A stretch of 62,953 bases of DNA, counting the filler, from Reticulomyxa filosa (lineage: Eukaryota; Protista; Foraminifera), in NCBI GenBank assembly GCA_000512085.1. It is 28 parts of 28 records of this genome, joined end to end, with 100 filler letters (N's around TTAATTAATTAA, not from the genome) between each part and the next. Parts side by side here need not be neighbours in the genome. Positions count along the whole stretch, not along the records: positions 1 to 2,444 come from ASPP01026334.1; positions 2,545 to 5,919 come from ASPP01011688.1; positions 6,020 to 11,980 come from ASPP01020302.1; positions 12,081 to 15,290 come from ASPP01024473.1; 24 more parts are not named here. One strand, 5' to 3'. This document shows, one piece after another, positions 1-13,617 of this stretch (its first letter is position 1; every line of letters starts with the position of its first letter). A model generated the notes under the pieces. The model did not search any database and had not been told where the DNA came from. It saw only the letters and a program-made list of their open reading frames with translations. Made by a program: the position numbers and the translations under genes.

Positions 1-296
1 AAAAAAAAAAAAAAGATAAATAAGTACTTTGAAGTGTATTGAAAGGTTCACATGAATTTAATTAGTTGTGGATCTAAATACGTATTGTCGTTAATCATCT
101 GATCATGCTCTTTATTATTGAATGAAAATAGCATGTAATTGTTTAGCAATGACGAATTGGAAATTCCATTTTATGTTAGTCATCATTGTTGCAAAAGTTG
201 TTTTTATCTTTCATTAAAAAGGAATAAAAATAATTTATTTTTTTACCATTTTTTTTTAGTGGTCAATCGTGAGTATTGCTTGACAATATTTTTTCT

Positions 297-2398
297 TTAT
301 ATCAATTGTTCGATAATAGTTTTGTCCGAAGTTCTTTCTACTTTTCTTTTGTTGGGTCTCTTGGCTGTAGGTATGACACCATCGTCGTGAAACAAGATTG
401 ACGATCGTCCATTGTCGTCGCTACTGAGATTGTGATCAAGTTGATTGTGAAGCAAATTCGTCGTATTGATATCTGTAATGGCAGTGTTGTTGATATTGTT
501 ATTTGGAACAATACCAATTGCGTTTACATTAACAAAACAAGTTGGTTTAGCACTTTGTTTGGTTTTTAAAGATGGACCCATCGCCAAGGGTTTTGTTGAA
601 TTGGATTTTCTCATCGGAAATTACTTGATAATGGATTGACCCTTAGTACATCGATTAACAAGTCCCCACTTACACTCCACCTGGGGTTCATTAACTCCAT
701 GTCGGTCAAGCGAGCTGCGACCACACTGCCCTTTCGTTGATTGGGGTCGGCCGATTGCTTAAAGCTTACATTGTCACTTCGTCCGACAAACGACTGCGGC
801 GAGGTCGGCGTCAGCATCTCAAGATTGGTTCCCGTCGATGTTTGAGACTTGTTATGCACACGGTAGCTGTTCGATGTGGTGGTGGCCGCGTCGTCGTCAG
901 CAAACTGTCCATTTTTCTTGTTTTGATAGAAGGTTTGTTCATGTGATATTTCATTTCCATTTGCTGTCATGCTATTGGAATTTTGATATTCATGTATTAT
1001 GTATTATTATTATTCAAATAAATAAATGTATATTTGTGTATACAGTACAAAAATTTGAATTGGGCTGAGCAAAAGATGGGTCGCAGAAAGCGGGAGCAGC
1101 AGGAGACTAGCCACAATATGTTCCACTCATAGCAAAACCGTTTGGTGGCGGAGGATGTGAGGTAGCTCTCGAGGCAATGTTTTGATTTTGGAAAGTATGT
1201 TTTTATTGGAGGTTCTGGACGACAGTGCTGGGAGATGTTTATTATTATTATTATTATTGTTGTTATCGTTTCGATTATTGCTTTGGCTCTTAATCTTACG
1301 TCGATGGAGATCGTCATTGGGCGTATTGCATGTATGTCCTTCTATCATTTCCAAGTATCTTGTTGGCGTAGTGTGTTTTTCAGTAAACGATTGTATCTTC
1401 GTCACATTACCGACACCAGCAGAAACGATAGTAGAAATAGTGCTATTGCGACGATCATCGTCACCGTGTGCGAATTTGGACGGAGGAGGTGGCGGCAGTG
1501 GACGCGGTCGGCGAATGCAAGGACTTGGTGACAGACTGGACTTGCGTTGGCGACTTCAAGCCGGACGATGGCAGATAATGATAGAACGTGTCGGGCGACA
1601 CATTGGCATGTAACGCTGCATGTTCTTCTTGGATGATGCTGACCTGTTTGCGATGTCGATACTGGTCTTTGCTTCCGTGCGCATGTCGTCGACGAGATTG
1701 TGTCGAGGACGACATCGATCCAAAGGACTTGGAAGAAGAGGAGGATGAGTAAGAGGAAGAAGATGATGAAGGTTTGACATCATGATGAAACTTCTTTTCC
1801 GAATGAGTTATGGAAATGGCCCCTGAACTTTTTCTTTTTTTTTGTAATGATTGATCGGACACTTTTTTGGAAGGTTTAAGTTTCCATCATCGTTGATGTT
1901 GGTGCTGGTGTTGATGTTGATGTTGATGCGGATGTTGATGATGATGTCGATGTCGGTGTCGACCGGTTCGCGATTCGCCACCACCTCGTGGACTGTTGCT
2001 ACGACTACTACTGCTGCTACTGCTGCAGCTACTCGACGAGTGCGTGTACGCGGAACGGTCGGTGGGGGACATTGAGGTGCGCAGAGGGGATTGCATGATA
2101 AGCGAAGAAAGCGCATCGCTTTCGCCTTTGTCACTGGAATGACTATTATCATCGCTGTTGTCACTGATGTACTTGATTCGATCACGACTGTACGAGTCCT
2201 TTGCTTGCGTGTTGACTGACGTGTCCGATCAATAGTAGCTTTTTTTTGGATTGCTCTGATGCTTCTTGCCATGCGAGGTCGTCTTTTGACCCGATTTCTT
2301 TTTGTGCTGTTCGAATGACGGATAATGTTTCGGTAATGCCCATTTTCGACTTGGTACTTTTGCATGTCTTTCTTCGCACGTTCCATTTCGAGTTCCAC
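297..2398 (-). CDS. Low-complexity hypothetical protein (His/Gln/Ser/Asn repeats), 5'-partial, multi-exon/frameshifted
   Basis: Chain of overlapping minus-strand ORFs (2398-1808, 2096-1887, 1862-1461, 1405-1127, 970-611, 614-297) with higher GC than flanks. No recognisable domain. Confidence 0.5.
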
Positions 2399-2444
2399 TA
2401 CCGATCTCTGCGTCTCATGCTCATGTTAATGCTTCTTGTGTTTT

Positions 2445-2544
2445 NNNNNNNNNNNNNNNNNNNNNNNNNNNNNNNNNNNNNNNNNNNNTTAATTAATTAA
2501 NNNNNNNNNNNNNNNNNNNNNNNNNNNNNNNNNNNNNNNNNNNN
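2445..2544. other. Artificial contig-joining linker (44N-TTAATTAATTAA-44N), first of 27
   Basis: Identical 100-nt spacer with stops in all six frames, starting at 2445, 5920, 11981, 15291, 17599, 19258, 20358, 21815, 22955, 24528, 26624, 27781, 29445, 31174, 38041, 39433, 41168, 42503, 43698, 45479, 46630, 50272, 51648, 54279, 56187, 57991 and 61602. Confidence 0.99.
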
Positions 2545-2634
2545 TATATATATATATATACTTATTTATTTAATTTAATTCAATTCAATTTTCAATTTCA
2601 ATTTCAATTTCAATTTTTCATTTGCTCATTTCAG

Positions 2635-4677
2635 AACCATGCGACGAGCACTCGAGAGCGAACACGTGTCAGAAAACTTGCATCACTGGATCGATCTCAT
2701 CTTTGGCTACAAACAACGACTACCCGAAGCCAAAAAGTGCCACAATCTGTTCCATCCGTATACGTACGAAGGCAACGTGGACATTGACAGCATCACCGAC
2801 GTGACGCAAAAAAAAGCCATTCTGGAGCAGATCGACTCGTTTGGACAAACCCCTGCGCAGCTGTTTTTCAAGCCGCATCCGAAGCGACTGACCAAAGAGG
2901 AGGTGATTGGGTCCATCTTCGCCGCCAAGGAAGTGAAGCATTATGGCCATCACAATCTCTGCGAGTCCTCCGACGGCACGGAAGTGGTCGCCATGCGACT
3001 CATCGACAAAACCAAGGAAATCATTACCGTTTACAACGACTGCACTGTGGCCACTCACTTATGGCGACGCGAACATCTGCGCATCGAAAAGAAGAAATCC
3101 TTGGCCTTGTTCAACATTGCTCGGCGCAAAAAATTATCCAAGTTAGGCGACGGCTTTTCGGGCGCTTTGTCCAATCGCAACTTATGTGTCGCCGTCGACG
3201 AGTGCGGACTCTACGTCTTTGCCTGCGGCTTCGACAACCACTCCTTTGTCGTCTGGGACGTTGCTCGTGCCGAAGTCGTGCAAACCATCATTCGACATAC
3301 TCAACTCGTCACCTGTCTCGCCTTGGACGAAGACGCCGATCGCGACAATCGCTTGCTAGTCACCGGCAGTGTCGACACCACTGTCATGGTCTGGAGACTG
3401 CAAAAGAGGCAGAGTGTCTCTCTCACGTCGCGAAAAGCCCTTACCGAAATCGTCGATCCTGAACCTCGTTTCATTTTGACTGGACAAACTGCTCAGGTGC
3501 ACTTTTTTTTTTTTTTTTTTTTAATTTAAAAATTCAAGAAACACATAAAATTTGTATAAACATTTTTATAAATGTTTGCATCGTCAGCAAAAAAAAAAAC
3601 AACCAAAAAACGATACGTATACGTTAATCTCAAAAAAAAAAAAGAATCACTTGTGTCGACTTGTCAATAAAATCGGGAATGATCGTTTGCAGCGATGTAA
3701 ACGGAGAAGTGAATATATACAACGCCAGCACAGGGGACCATTTGGAGCGGCTGAAGCCGCTTCTGGACATTGAACAGATGCGCACGAATGAACGGGTTGC
3801 GAAAGTGAAGAAACCTACGAATGGCGCTGCTTCGCAAAGTCCAGTGATGGGCTTGACACAAAGTGAAGCAGAAGCAAAGATAGGGACAGCAGTAGGCACG
3901 ACAATGACAATAACGACAGCAACACCAACAGCAAAAGAAGAAGAAGTAGGAGAGGAAAAACACAAAGACGAAACAATGAAGGCGTTCCTGGAACCTTTGC
4001 CGGTCCTGCAATCTCCGGCTTCTCCGGTTTCTCCGGCCTCTCCGGCCAACACTGTTGTGGAGATCGATTTTGCTCAGGACAACCAAGACAAGCCGCAGGG
4101 CAACGATGATGGCACCACTGCAAATCGCAATGACACTGACGATGAGGACGACGATAATGATGATAATGATGACGATGACGACACTGACGATAAAAGAGAA
4201 GCGGAAAAAAAAGATGATGCAAACGGTGAGGATAATCCACTTGGAAAAGCGAAATCACTGCTCGGCATTGTTGGGGATTCGAAACCTCGCTTGGATATTG
4301 TTCGCGTGTCCGCGTTTGGGGATATCGTGTGCTATAGCAATGGGCTGCGATATATCTGCGTATACACTTGCAACGGAGAATTGGTGAAAACCAAAAGCAC
4401 CAAAGACGATGTTTTATCTGTCATCAAATTCAGCAAAGACGGAAATTATGTGGTCACCGGAGGCAAGGCTACAACTACGTTTATTCGCGATACTCGGACT
4501 TTGAAGCTGCGAAAACAGTTTCCGGAAAGCAAAGATGCCATTCGATGCATCACTTTGGACAAAGATGAAATCTTCATGTTTGTTACAGTCGCAAGTGGAG
4601 ACGTTTTAATTTACTCCTTGGCTATGAGCAACTTTTTAAATAATCAAATCCATAACCTGGATCGATTGGGATTTTAA
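2635..4677 (+). CDS. BEACH-domain/WD40 protein (neurobeachin/Lvs-like), C-terminal part
   Basis: BEACH signature '[25 protein letters not shown]...[10 protein letters not shown]...FGQTPAQLF' followed by WD40 repeats. Intron ~3497-3644; stop at 4677. Confidence 0.93.
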
Positions 4678-6070
4678 AAATAAACAAAATATATATGTTT
4701 ACATAAAAATAAATTAAATTAACAACTAGTGTATCCTCTAGTACCGTTCTTTTTTTGTTGTTGCGTTTTTGTTTTTCCATACCCTTTTTTTTTAACACGT
4801 AGTCCTATGTTGCTGACATTGAGGTTTTTGTTTTTTGCACATTTCTCATCAAGAGATTCTTTCCCAATCATTTAAGATGAGAAATACTTGTGGTTTTTGT
4901 ATATCCATTGTCTTTTTTTTTTATTGTTTGAACCATGTTCACTGCAAAAGATATATTTTTTCCACGTAGGATCTAAATCTTATTAAAAACACCTTACCCA
5001 CCATATTATTGTATACTTAGCTATTTGCTGTAATTTGATCAGTTAACAAAATAATAACAGTTTAAAACATTGAGTTAGACTAAGTGTAACGCAAAAGAAG
5101 TAAAATACAAAATTAATAAATAACTCAACAAAATTCCATGATTATATTATATGAAAATTAAATATTGGCGCTAAAATTTTCCAAAAGAAAAATAAATCAT
5201 CAAAACACTTGAAAACATTTATTGAAAATATCAAACAATATATGTCATTAGGCATTGTAACTTATTTGATTTTTTTTTGTGACAACATACATTAATGGCT
5301 AATTCCAGCGGTCCACGTTGGTGGAACTGAACTTGATTTCTTTCCATTCGTTCAAATAATCTATCAAATACAAAAGTTTATTCAGAAGCAGAAGACAAAT
5401 AGACTATATAAATAAATTTATAAAATCCTACTTGGAATCTAGATGAACAATTTATTTGCAATGAAATAAATGTCAATCCTTAAGCTTCGCAAGACTTGTG
5501 ATAATTGTAATGTTGTTATTTTCTGGAAAACTGACTGCTGCCAAACTAGTATTTCTTGTGTTAAAAAATTAATGAACGTTGTTCAAATATCGAACTTGTC
5601 CAATCAATAAGCAGCAAATAACAACAAGATTTCAGCCTATAAAAAAATTTTTTTTTTGAATATACGTGCAAATAAAAACGTTTTCGTTTGCATAATCCAA
5701 AAAAAAAACATATCACAACCATTCTTGCGTTTTATTTTATAACAAATCTCGACTCTACACGCAGTTTGTATGCATTTCCAAACATTTTTGTGTAACCTCT
5801 TTTTCAATTTTTTTTGTTACGTGTTGACGTTTTTTTATTTCCATCCATTTACATACTAGTCCTAAGTTCACAACGGTCTGACAAGTGTCTGGAATATAAC
5901 TTCCAAAGATTCCTTCGTANNNNNNNNNNNNNNNNNNNNNNNNNNNNNNNNNNNNNNNNNNNNTTAATTAATTAANNNNNNNNNNNNNNNNNNNNNNNNN
6001 NNNNNNNNNNNNNNNNNNNATTTTTTTTTTATTTTTTTATTTTTTATTTTTTTATCATTTTATTTGTTTG

Positions 6071-6493
6071 TCATTCTATTTGCTTAAAAATCCCTCTTTC
6101 GTCGTTGCCAAACCTGTACATGACGGAACGAGATGGCACTGAAGGTAGCAATATGGACTTATGCATTTCGTCTTTGTGTCCTAACAGGATATTGCCACTA
6201 GTCCCGCCAATTCGTCCCGATGTCATGTCTGTCGCGTCCAAGCTGTCCACAAAGTGCACTGGGGTGTTCGTTTCTTTCTTGCTGTGTCCCGATTTCGATT
6301 GCTTTGTGCTTCCTGTCTCCATCAGTGCTGTTCCATTTGTGTCCATTTCGTCACTCTCGGGACTATCGTCAAGATCTCGATCGTTATCCTGAACACTTGT
6401 AAATTTATACTGTGGGCTTTTGAACGAAGAGGTAGAATGAGAATCGAGTCCAAAGGTGTCTTTACGTGAGGAATAATTCCAGTTGAACATCAC
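6071..6493 (-). CDS. Hypothetical protein, first exon
   Basis: 140-aa ORF with coding-like composition, ending near the AT-rich contig end. Confidence 0.4.
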   Translation of the reverse strand: MMFNWNYSSRKDTFGLDSHSTSSFKSPQYKFTSVQDNDRDLDDSPESDEMDTNGTALMETGSTKQSKSGHSKKETNTPVHFVDSLDATDMTSGRIGGTSGNILLGHKDEMHKSILLPSVPSRSVMYRFGNDERGIFKQIE

Positions 6494-6964
6494 AACTACA
6501 CCCCTAAATCGTTGTTAATTTAACCTAACAAAAAAAATTCAAGAACAAAAAGGGTTTATTCGTTTCAAACAGTTTCTTTGACTCATTTTTTTTCAAGTTT
6601 GGGCATTATCCTTTATTGAGTTTCACAGAAAAACAAAAATTGATGCTTAAGAAAAATATTTCTTGATTAAACTTGAAAAGAATAGCCATTGTTGTTCATA
6701 TAACACAAAAAAAAAAAAAAATTCAAATTAACAACAATATCTCATTCATCAGTATTATCAATGCAAAGAAGAGAGGGATAAGGAAAGTTAAAAACAAAAC
6801 ACCATGCACAATTGTATAGAAAATTCGAACTGTCAGCACAACATCTATGGGCGGGGTCTTCAACAAAGAGCTTGTCAGGCTTTTTTTTCGTAAGACTAAC
6901 AGTTATATTGTAAAAATAGGCTTGAGACCAAACGGAATAGCATATAACGTAATTGAAAGCATCT

Positions 6965-8849
6965 TTATTTTTTTATGATAAGATATGGATATGTTTTTTT
7001 TAAAAAAAAAAAAAGAAAGAAAACAAACCATTGTTCTTTTCTTTTCTTATGTTTTTTGGGTTTTTTTTCTTTGGTTTTATCTAAATCACTTTTCCACTTG
7101 GCGTAGTTATTTTTTCGTTGTTGATATTCATTGCTACTCCAACCATTTATATATAAAGTAAATGTTACAAATGATGTAAACAAATGCAAGGAGATGAGTT
7201 ATTACAACAAACCGTTCATCATCGGTGGCTTTGGTGGAGAAATAGTCTTCAATGATGTTATTCAAGTTGTAAACGGGCGCTAACACGTGATGTACAAGTG
7301 GTTGTCGACATTTGAAGCAATGAATGACAACATCTTTGTGTTTGCAAAGGTCGTCCGACGTATTCATTTCTTTCATCCAATCAAACAAACACTGATGGCA
7401 CCCTCCGTGTCCGCAGGCAAGCATATAAGGACTGCAAATGACGTCCTGGCAAAAGTCGCAAGTGATTTCGGCCATCATTTTTTCTTTGTCTTGATACAAG
7501 GCCAACTCGTGCAATTCCATTGTTTTCTGCAAACGTTCCAAGTTTTGTTCGTGCGTGTTCGCCAATTTTTTAATCGCAGAATCAAGTTTTTGCTCCCATT
7601 CCAGTTCCTTTCGCTTCTGTTCCAACTCCATGCCCGTTTTTTTTTGCTCCAAATCGTCCAACTTTTGTTTCGCATTTTCGTATTCTTTGGACTTTAGCTC
7701 AAACATTTTCGACATTTCTTGTTTTTGTTGAGTGATTTCCTTTTCAAGTGTTTCTTTTTCCACGGCCTTATCAGTTGTTTACAAAAAACAACAACAGCAA
7801 CAATTACACGTCATCAAATTTTTTTGTTGCACCATTTTATAAACAAATTAAAATTAGTATTAAAAAAAACAATACCAAAATTCAACTTGCTGTTGTTGCA
7901 TTTGGAATTGTAATTCTTTGAATCGTTTTTGAAAATCTTGCTCTTTTTCTTTGATTTGCAGCTCCATTTGCTTACGCTGCTCCTCCATTTGCACAGAAAA
8001 GATCACCCATTGCTTTTTGATCATATCGTCATTGTCACTAGTGTCCACAGGATTGCTCGCAAGCATCTCAAATTCGTACCGAAATTCGGTGTCATCGACT
8101 ATTTTTCCAAACACGATTTTGTCACTGCTGTTCAATACAACGCTCTTGTTTTTTGGTAGCAACGTGTCGTTTACGTGGATTCCATTCGTCGAATTCAAGT
8201 CTTTCACATACCATTGTCCGTTTTCGTACATCAGTTCTGCATGCTTTTTTTTTTTTTTTTGTTTTGTTTTTATTGTTATGTTTGTATCCGTTGCAAGGAG
8301 AGCCTTGTTTCACAGCTGTTAAATAATACAACTTTTTTCGTATGGATTGATTGCCATACAACTCGGAACGTGTGGGGAAAAAAGAGTGTTTCTTTTTTTT
8401 ACTATTACTTGGCGTGATATCATCAACTCAATTTGTTTACTTCGTGCTGTTGAATGCAAAACCAATTCACATTTCTCCGGATCGCGGCCCACCAAGATTG
8501 GGCTCGTGTTCAAATCAAATTCAATTGGGACCGTTGGAGATATTGCCAAATTGTTGGATTTTTCGTACTCGGTTATTATTCTTTTTAGCTTAGCCTTTTT
8601 AAACTCTTTCGCTTTTCTTTCACTCACATTGCTCGCACCATTTTTTTCCATTTGTGGCGTCTCTTGTATTGACTTGGCCATATTAAACTTACACTTGGGG
8701 GTGAATGTGTTCTGGGGCTCTTCCTCTGGAAACGGGCTTAAATAAAAGGAGATGGAAAATTTATCTTCTGCAGTATTGTCCAGCCGTTGTCTCTTGCATG
8801 TGCTTGTCAATGTAGGTGAAAGTTTTCTTTTTCGTACATCCATGTTCAT
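6965..8849 (-). CDS. FHA + coiled-coil + RING E3 ubiquitin ligase (RNF8/CHFR-like)
   Basis: Exons 8849-8409, 8243-7887, 7766-7213, 7133-~7030 joined by GT-AG introns give the FHA motif 'VGR...ISRQHAEL...KDLNSTNGIHVN' and the RING 'CDFC...CGHGGCHQC...CFKC'. The 3' end is uncertain. Confidence 0.88.
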
Positions 8850-9317
8850 ACAATTTTTTTATATATAATTTTTTCCCGTCAAAAAACCCCTTATTCTTGT
8901 GGACTCTTCTTTCTGGGAGTGTCATGGACACTTAAAATGGAAAGGGTAATTATAATTGTTGCGGTCATGCAACTGCTAAAAAAATTGGTCTTGTATTGAC
9001 CGATTTTACAAGAGTATGCGTGATAGTACACAAATCGGTCTGGAAATCATTTGCCAGAGAATTGTACTTTGAAAATTATGAAGTAGCAAGACTTGATGAA
9101 TTTTTTTGAAATCAGGAAAATGCACACACGAGACACCAAATAAATAATTGAACAAAGATTTATTTTTTGGTTTTTTTTTTTAAAATTTGCTCTTTCCAAA
9201 CAATGAATGGTTCAAAGCAACTCACAACACATCACGAAACAACCAGTTGACAGCAAAAAATGCACAAGTTGTCATCTCTTGCAACAGGGTTCAATATGTT
9301 GTAATGACATGTATTTG

Positions 9318-10213
9318 TTATGAGTATAAACCAATAGTATCATAAATGATCGCAACGAATTGAGTGGCCACATAAGGCGGTAATAAGATGTACAAAAGCA
9401 AAGTCCAAAATATCCCGATCAAAGCTCCAATGACAACGTCTCCACACCAGTGACAGCCAAAATAAACCCTTGACCATGCCGTCCATGGTATTAGCAGTAA
9501 CCATAGCCATGCGTATCCGCCAAGGATAGGATATCTTTGTGGGTTACTTGTCATGAACAAAAATATACCTAAGCAATAGGTCGCCGTTTGTGCAGTGTCA
9601 CCTTTTTTTTGTTTTTTTGAATATATGCACATATGACAATTTGTCTCTTTGTACGAATTTTACCAAAAAAGAAGTACAGACGTACATAAGATAAAGTTTG
9701 CATACCAGAAGGAAATGCTAAGTTATGGTATCTACTCCGAAAATCAATATGTTTGAAGGAGACAGACAAAGGGTCAGGACGTATGCGACGAGTTTTTCTT
9801 TTCAACAATTCACTTGTCACTAAAGTAAACCCACCACACAACAATATCCACAAAAAGCCATCAAAGCCCACAATGACATTTAACAATAAAAATGTAAATA
9901 AAGCCACACGCATATCAAATAAAAGACTCCCAAGAGCGAACATGCAGTCCAATACATAAGGGCATGAGATATTATGAATTTGATGGCTGATGTAAATATC
10001 ATAATTCAGCACTGATTCCATCCAACGGGGGTACTGAACCCCGTCCATAAAACTTAGATTAGACAAGGAGGTCACATGAGACCCTGAGTGAGAAAAGGAA
10101 CGCGCAGGGATATCAATTTTATGCTGAGCGGACGCTGGAAACATGTCCAATATAGTTTTTTCTTTATCAATCACTTCCTCCATCAAGCCCCTTCCTTCAG
10201 ATACAGAGTTCAT
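9318..10213 (-). CDS. PAP2-family (type 2 phosphatidic acid phosphatase-like) membrane phosphatase
   Basis: Exons 10213-9706 and 9601-9318. C1 'KRKTRRIRP', C2 'FPSGDTAQ', C3 'SRVYFGCHWCGD'; several hydrophobic helices. Confidence 0.87.
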
Positions 10214-10480
10214 GTGAGCGGGTTTTCATTCTGGGATCGGCAATAAAAAATTAAACAATAACTTCAATCTGTCTCATATATCTCGGTCTTGTAGTTTTTT
10301 TATTTTTTCTTTTGTCAATAGATATAACAAAAGAAATTTTAAAAAAAAGCAAAGTTGTTCTTTTGAGCTACCATATCACTCTTTTAATGCACCTTGACAA
10401 AGAAGAAAAAAAGAAAGAAGAAGGGGAGAGGAGGTAACGGCGAAAAAGGTGTACATTTTAATAAAAAAACGGGATAAAAA

Positions 10481-11714
10481 ATGCAGAATAAATCTGGTTT
10501 GAGTACAACTGCAGCTACAGCCCAAAGTGATAATAAAAAAAAACAAGTTGGCGATTTCATATTGGAAAAGGCCATAGGCTTTGGCTCGTTTTCTACGGTA
10601 TATGAAGGGCGAAATATAAAAAGTGGAGAAAGGGTGGCAGTCAAGTCAATAAATTTACACAGGATCAATGTCGACATAAAACACCAAACAAATTTGAAGC
10701 AAGAGATTGATATTTTCGAAAGTGTCAGCACCCGAATATCGTGCAACTATTGCACACGTACCAGACAAATAACCACATCTATTTAGTGATGCAATATTGT
10801 AGTGGAGGGGATTTGCATAAATTTGTGCAGCAAAACGGACCGTTGCAAGAGCCAGTTGCACAGTATTTTTCAAGACAGTTGGCAAATGGCTTATTATATT
10901 TGTGTTCGAACAAAATTGTGCATCGAGTTGAGTGAGCCGATGTAGCAACAACACACAAAAATTTTATTTTATTTTTTTTTTTAAAAAAAAAAAAGTAAAT
11001 AAATGAGTGATACACATTACATATATGAAAAAAAAAAAAAAAAAGGCTTGAAGCCACAGAATCTACTGTTAAGTGAGGAAAGAGTATTGCGCATCGCAGA
11101 CTTTGGATTTGCGCGATACTTCAATCCAACAACAATGGTCGACACGATGTGTGGGTCGCCATTGTATATGGCGCCAGAGATATTGAAGTTTACCAAGTAC
11201 GACAGCAAGGTGGACCTGTGGTCAGCAGGCACTATCATCTATCAAATGGTAACGAAAGAGCCCCCTTTCAACGGCAACAATCACATCCAATTGTTAGAAA
11301 AAATTGAAAAAACCAAAGTATCATTTCCGACTTATTTGTCCGCATCATGCATAGATTTGCTCAATGTTTGAATGTTTATCATATACATGTACATATACAT
11401 GTATATGTACATGTATAATATTTTTTTTTTGTTCATATCCATCAGAGTACTGTACAAACTATTCCAATCGCCATTGTTTACCGACAATTCAATTTAAAAA
11501 AAAAAAAAAAAAATTAAAAAAAATAGCGCTTATTGCAAGTGAATCCAAAACAACGAATGGGCTGGGATGAGTTTTTTTCACACTCGTGGCTGCGTGAAGA
11601 GCGAGTCAAAGGTAGTGACAAATGGAGTGACAGTGAACTGGAACGGGGACTCGACAAGCTCAAAAGAGAGCGGTTGAAATCTCAACGACCGTTCGACGCA
11701 AATGCACACAACAC

Positions 11715-11756
<42 letters not shown>

Positions 11757-11900
11757 TACCTCCCCGTCTTCTCCTTTCGTTGCTCAAACTCACTCTCATT
11801 CCAATAAACTTGTGCTGGAGTCGTCCTTGCAACCACAAACCCTTCGCGCTGATACCAAAGAAAAAGACGATTTTGTTCTCATTCCCAAGTTACTTGAATT
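10481..11900 (+). CDS. ATG1: ULK/ATG1-like Ser/Thr protein kinase, 3'-partial
   Basis: GxGxFS loop, 'VAVK', 'HR.LKPQNLLL', 'IADFGFAR', 'CGSPLYMAPE' (typical of ULK/Atg1). Introns ~10927-11045 and 11366-11527; 1-nt frameshift in a T-run at ~10713. Confidence 0.85.
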
Positions 11901-13617
11901 TCTTTTTTTTTTTCTTTTCGAATGTCTCATATTATCCATATTTCTTCTTTTTCTTCTTCCTTTTTTACTAATGTTGTCTTNNNNNNNNNNNNNNNNNNNN
12001 NNNNNNNNNNNNNNNNNNNNNNNNTTAATTAATTAANNNNNNNNNNNNNNNNNNNNNNNNNNNNNNNNNNNNNNNNNNNNGTTTCATTGTATCCAGCAGT
12101 TGCTGTTCCTGTGATTCCTGCCAACTCCTCCCCTTCAAGGTTATGTGGGAGATGTTACTTGTGACGAAATATTGTCGCTGATTTATAATCATACACATGC
12201 GAATGTGGTGATATGGGATTCAACAATTATATCGTATATGCAAAAAGCGAGTGTTGTACAAGTGTAAACGTGTGTGTCATCACATTCCTTCTATCTAACA
12301 ATCTAATGTATGGTCCAAGAGTCAACAAACGCATAAGATTATTTTGTAATCCCCTCCCATATAATATCATGTGATATCCTCTATCGTCCGAAAATGAAGT
12401 TGTTTTGTGTCACGTGTGTTAATTTTGAAATTAAAGAAAATGCTTTGTATCAGCGAATGGAGGCAAATATAATGTATCGATGCAGTGATTCTATCAATGC
12501 TTTGTTTAGCTCCAAAAGCAAGACGATACAATTGAGTATTCGTCGATCTAATATCAAATGCGTATTATCATGATAGAGGATGTCATTTTTATTTCAATAA
12601 TTGTATTTTTCATCAATGTCAATTCCAAAACAATCAATTCAAATGGATATCCTATCATTTTGGTTCGCTCCGAAATTACTATGTATAAAGTCGTAAAGAA
12701 TAATCAGCTAGTTTCGATTGCTGGAACTTACTCTTCGAGCAAGATGATATCATTAGGGATTACATAGCTTATTCTTGTTGGGTCTACTCTGCATGAAAGC
12801 GTCAAATCGTTTAACATTTCTACAAGAGATGCTATTTTGTTGATTTGATATAGTTTTGCAAGACTAAACAAAAAAAAAAACATTGATTAATAAACTAAAA
12901 TCATAAATAAAAGTTCTCCTTCTTGCATTTCTTTTAATTGTGCAGAATATTCTTTTTAAAACATTAATCTGTAGCCACGTATGTGCTTTCTTTAGTATAC
13001 GTCGATACATTTTTTTTATGATACGGTTCTAAACAAGTACGTTCTACTTCTTCCCAATATTTGTTGAATATTATACAATTTACTATCTTTAATAAAGAAC
13101 CAATCAAATTCTTGTAAGGAAACAGCAAATTTAATTAAAGATAGCAATTTACATCCAATTTTTGTGCAATTCCTTTATAGTGACTTATCTAATATTTTTC
13201 TGTGCGTTTGGAACAACAAATCTTTTGTAGCTTTCTTTTTTTTTTTTTTTAAGAACTCTTCTCTTTGCCATGAAACAAATACCTAATTTTTATTGATTTG
13301 TAAAAATTTTTTTGGAAAGTAAACAAATTTAACTCACAGTTCAAGGAGTGGCCATACGTATATACTTTTAATGTACCTTTTTATCCAAGTTTTTTTAGTT
13401 TCAGTTTTTTTTTAAAGCAATTATTTATCTTTGTGTCTTGTGGAAACAATAAGATATTCTCTTCCTTGATTTTTTTTTAAGTGATATAGCCGCTTTCGAG
13501 TGTGTGACGGTAGATTTTCTGCCTTTTTTCGTTACAAAAAAAAAAAAAAAGGTGGAGATATATGTACAGATTACTTTTTTCCACTGTTAGTGCTCACAAA
13601 AAAAAGTAGACATTGCA

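Noticed and set aside
3497-3646. Non-canonical splice junctions (GC donor in BEACH; HRG instead of HRD in ULK at ~11045)
   Set aside because: Each is a single-A discrepancy right after a long A-run. Correcting it restores the WD40 spacing and HRDLK, consistent with homopolymer read errors.
1182-4387. Numerous antisense/overlapping ORFs rich in poly-L/I/S
   Set aside because: Shadows of trinucleotide repeats and of real genes on the opposite strand.
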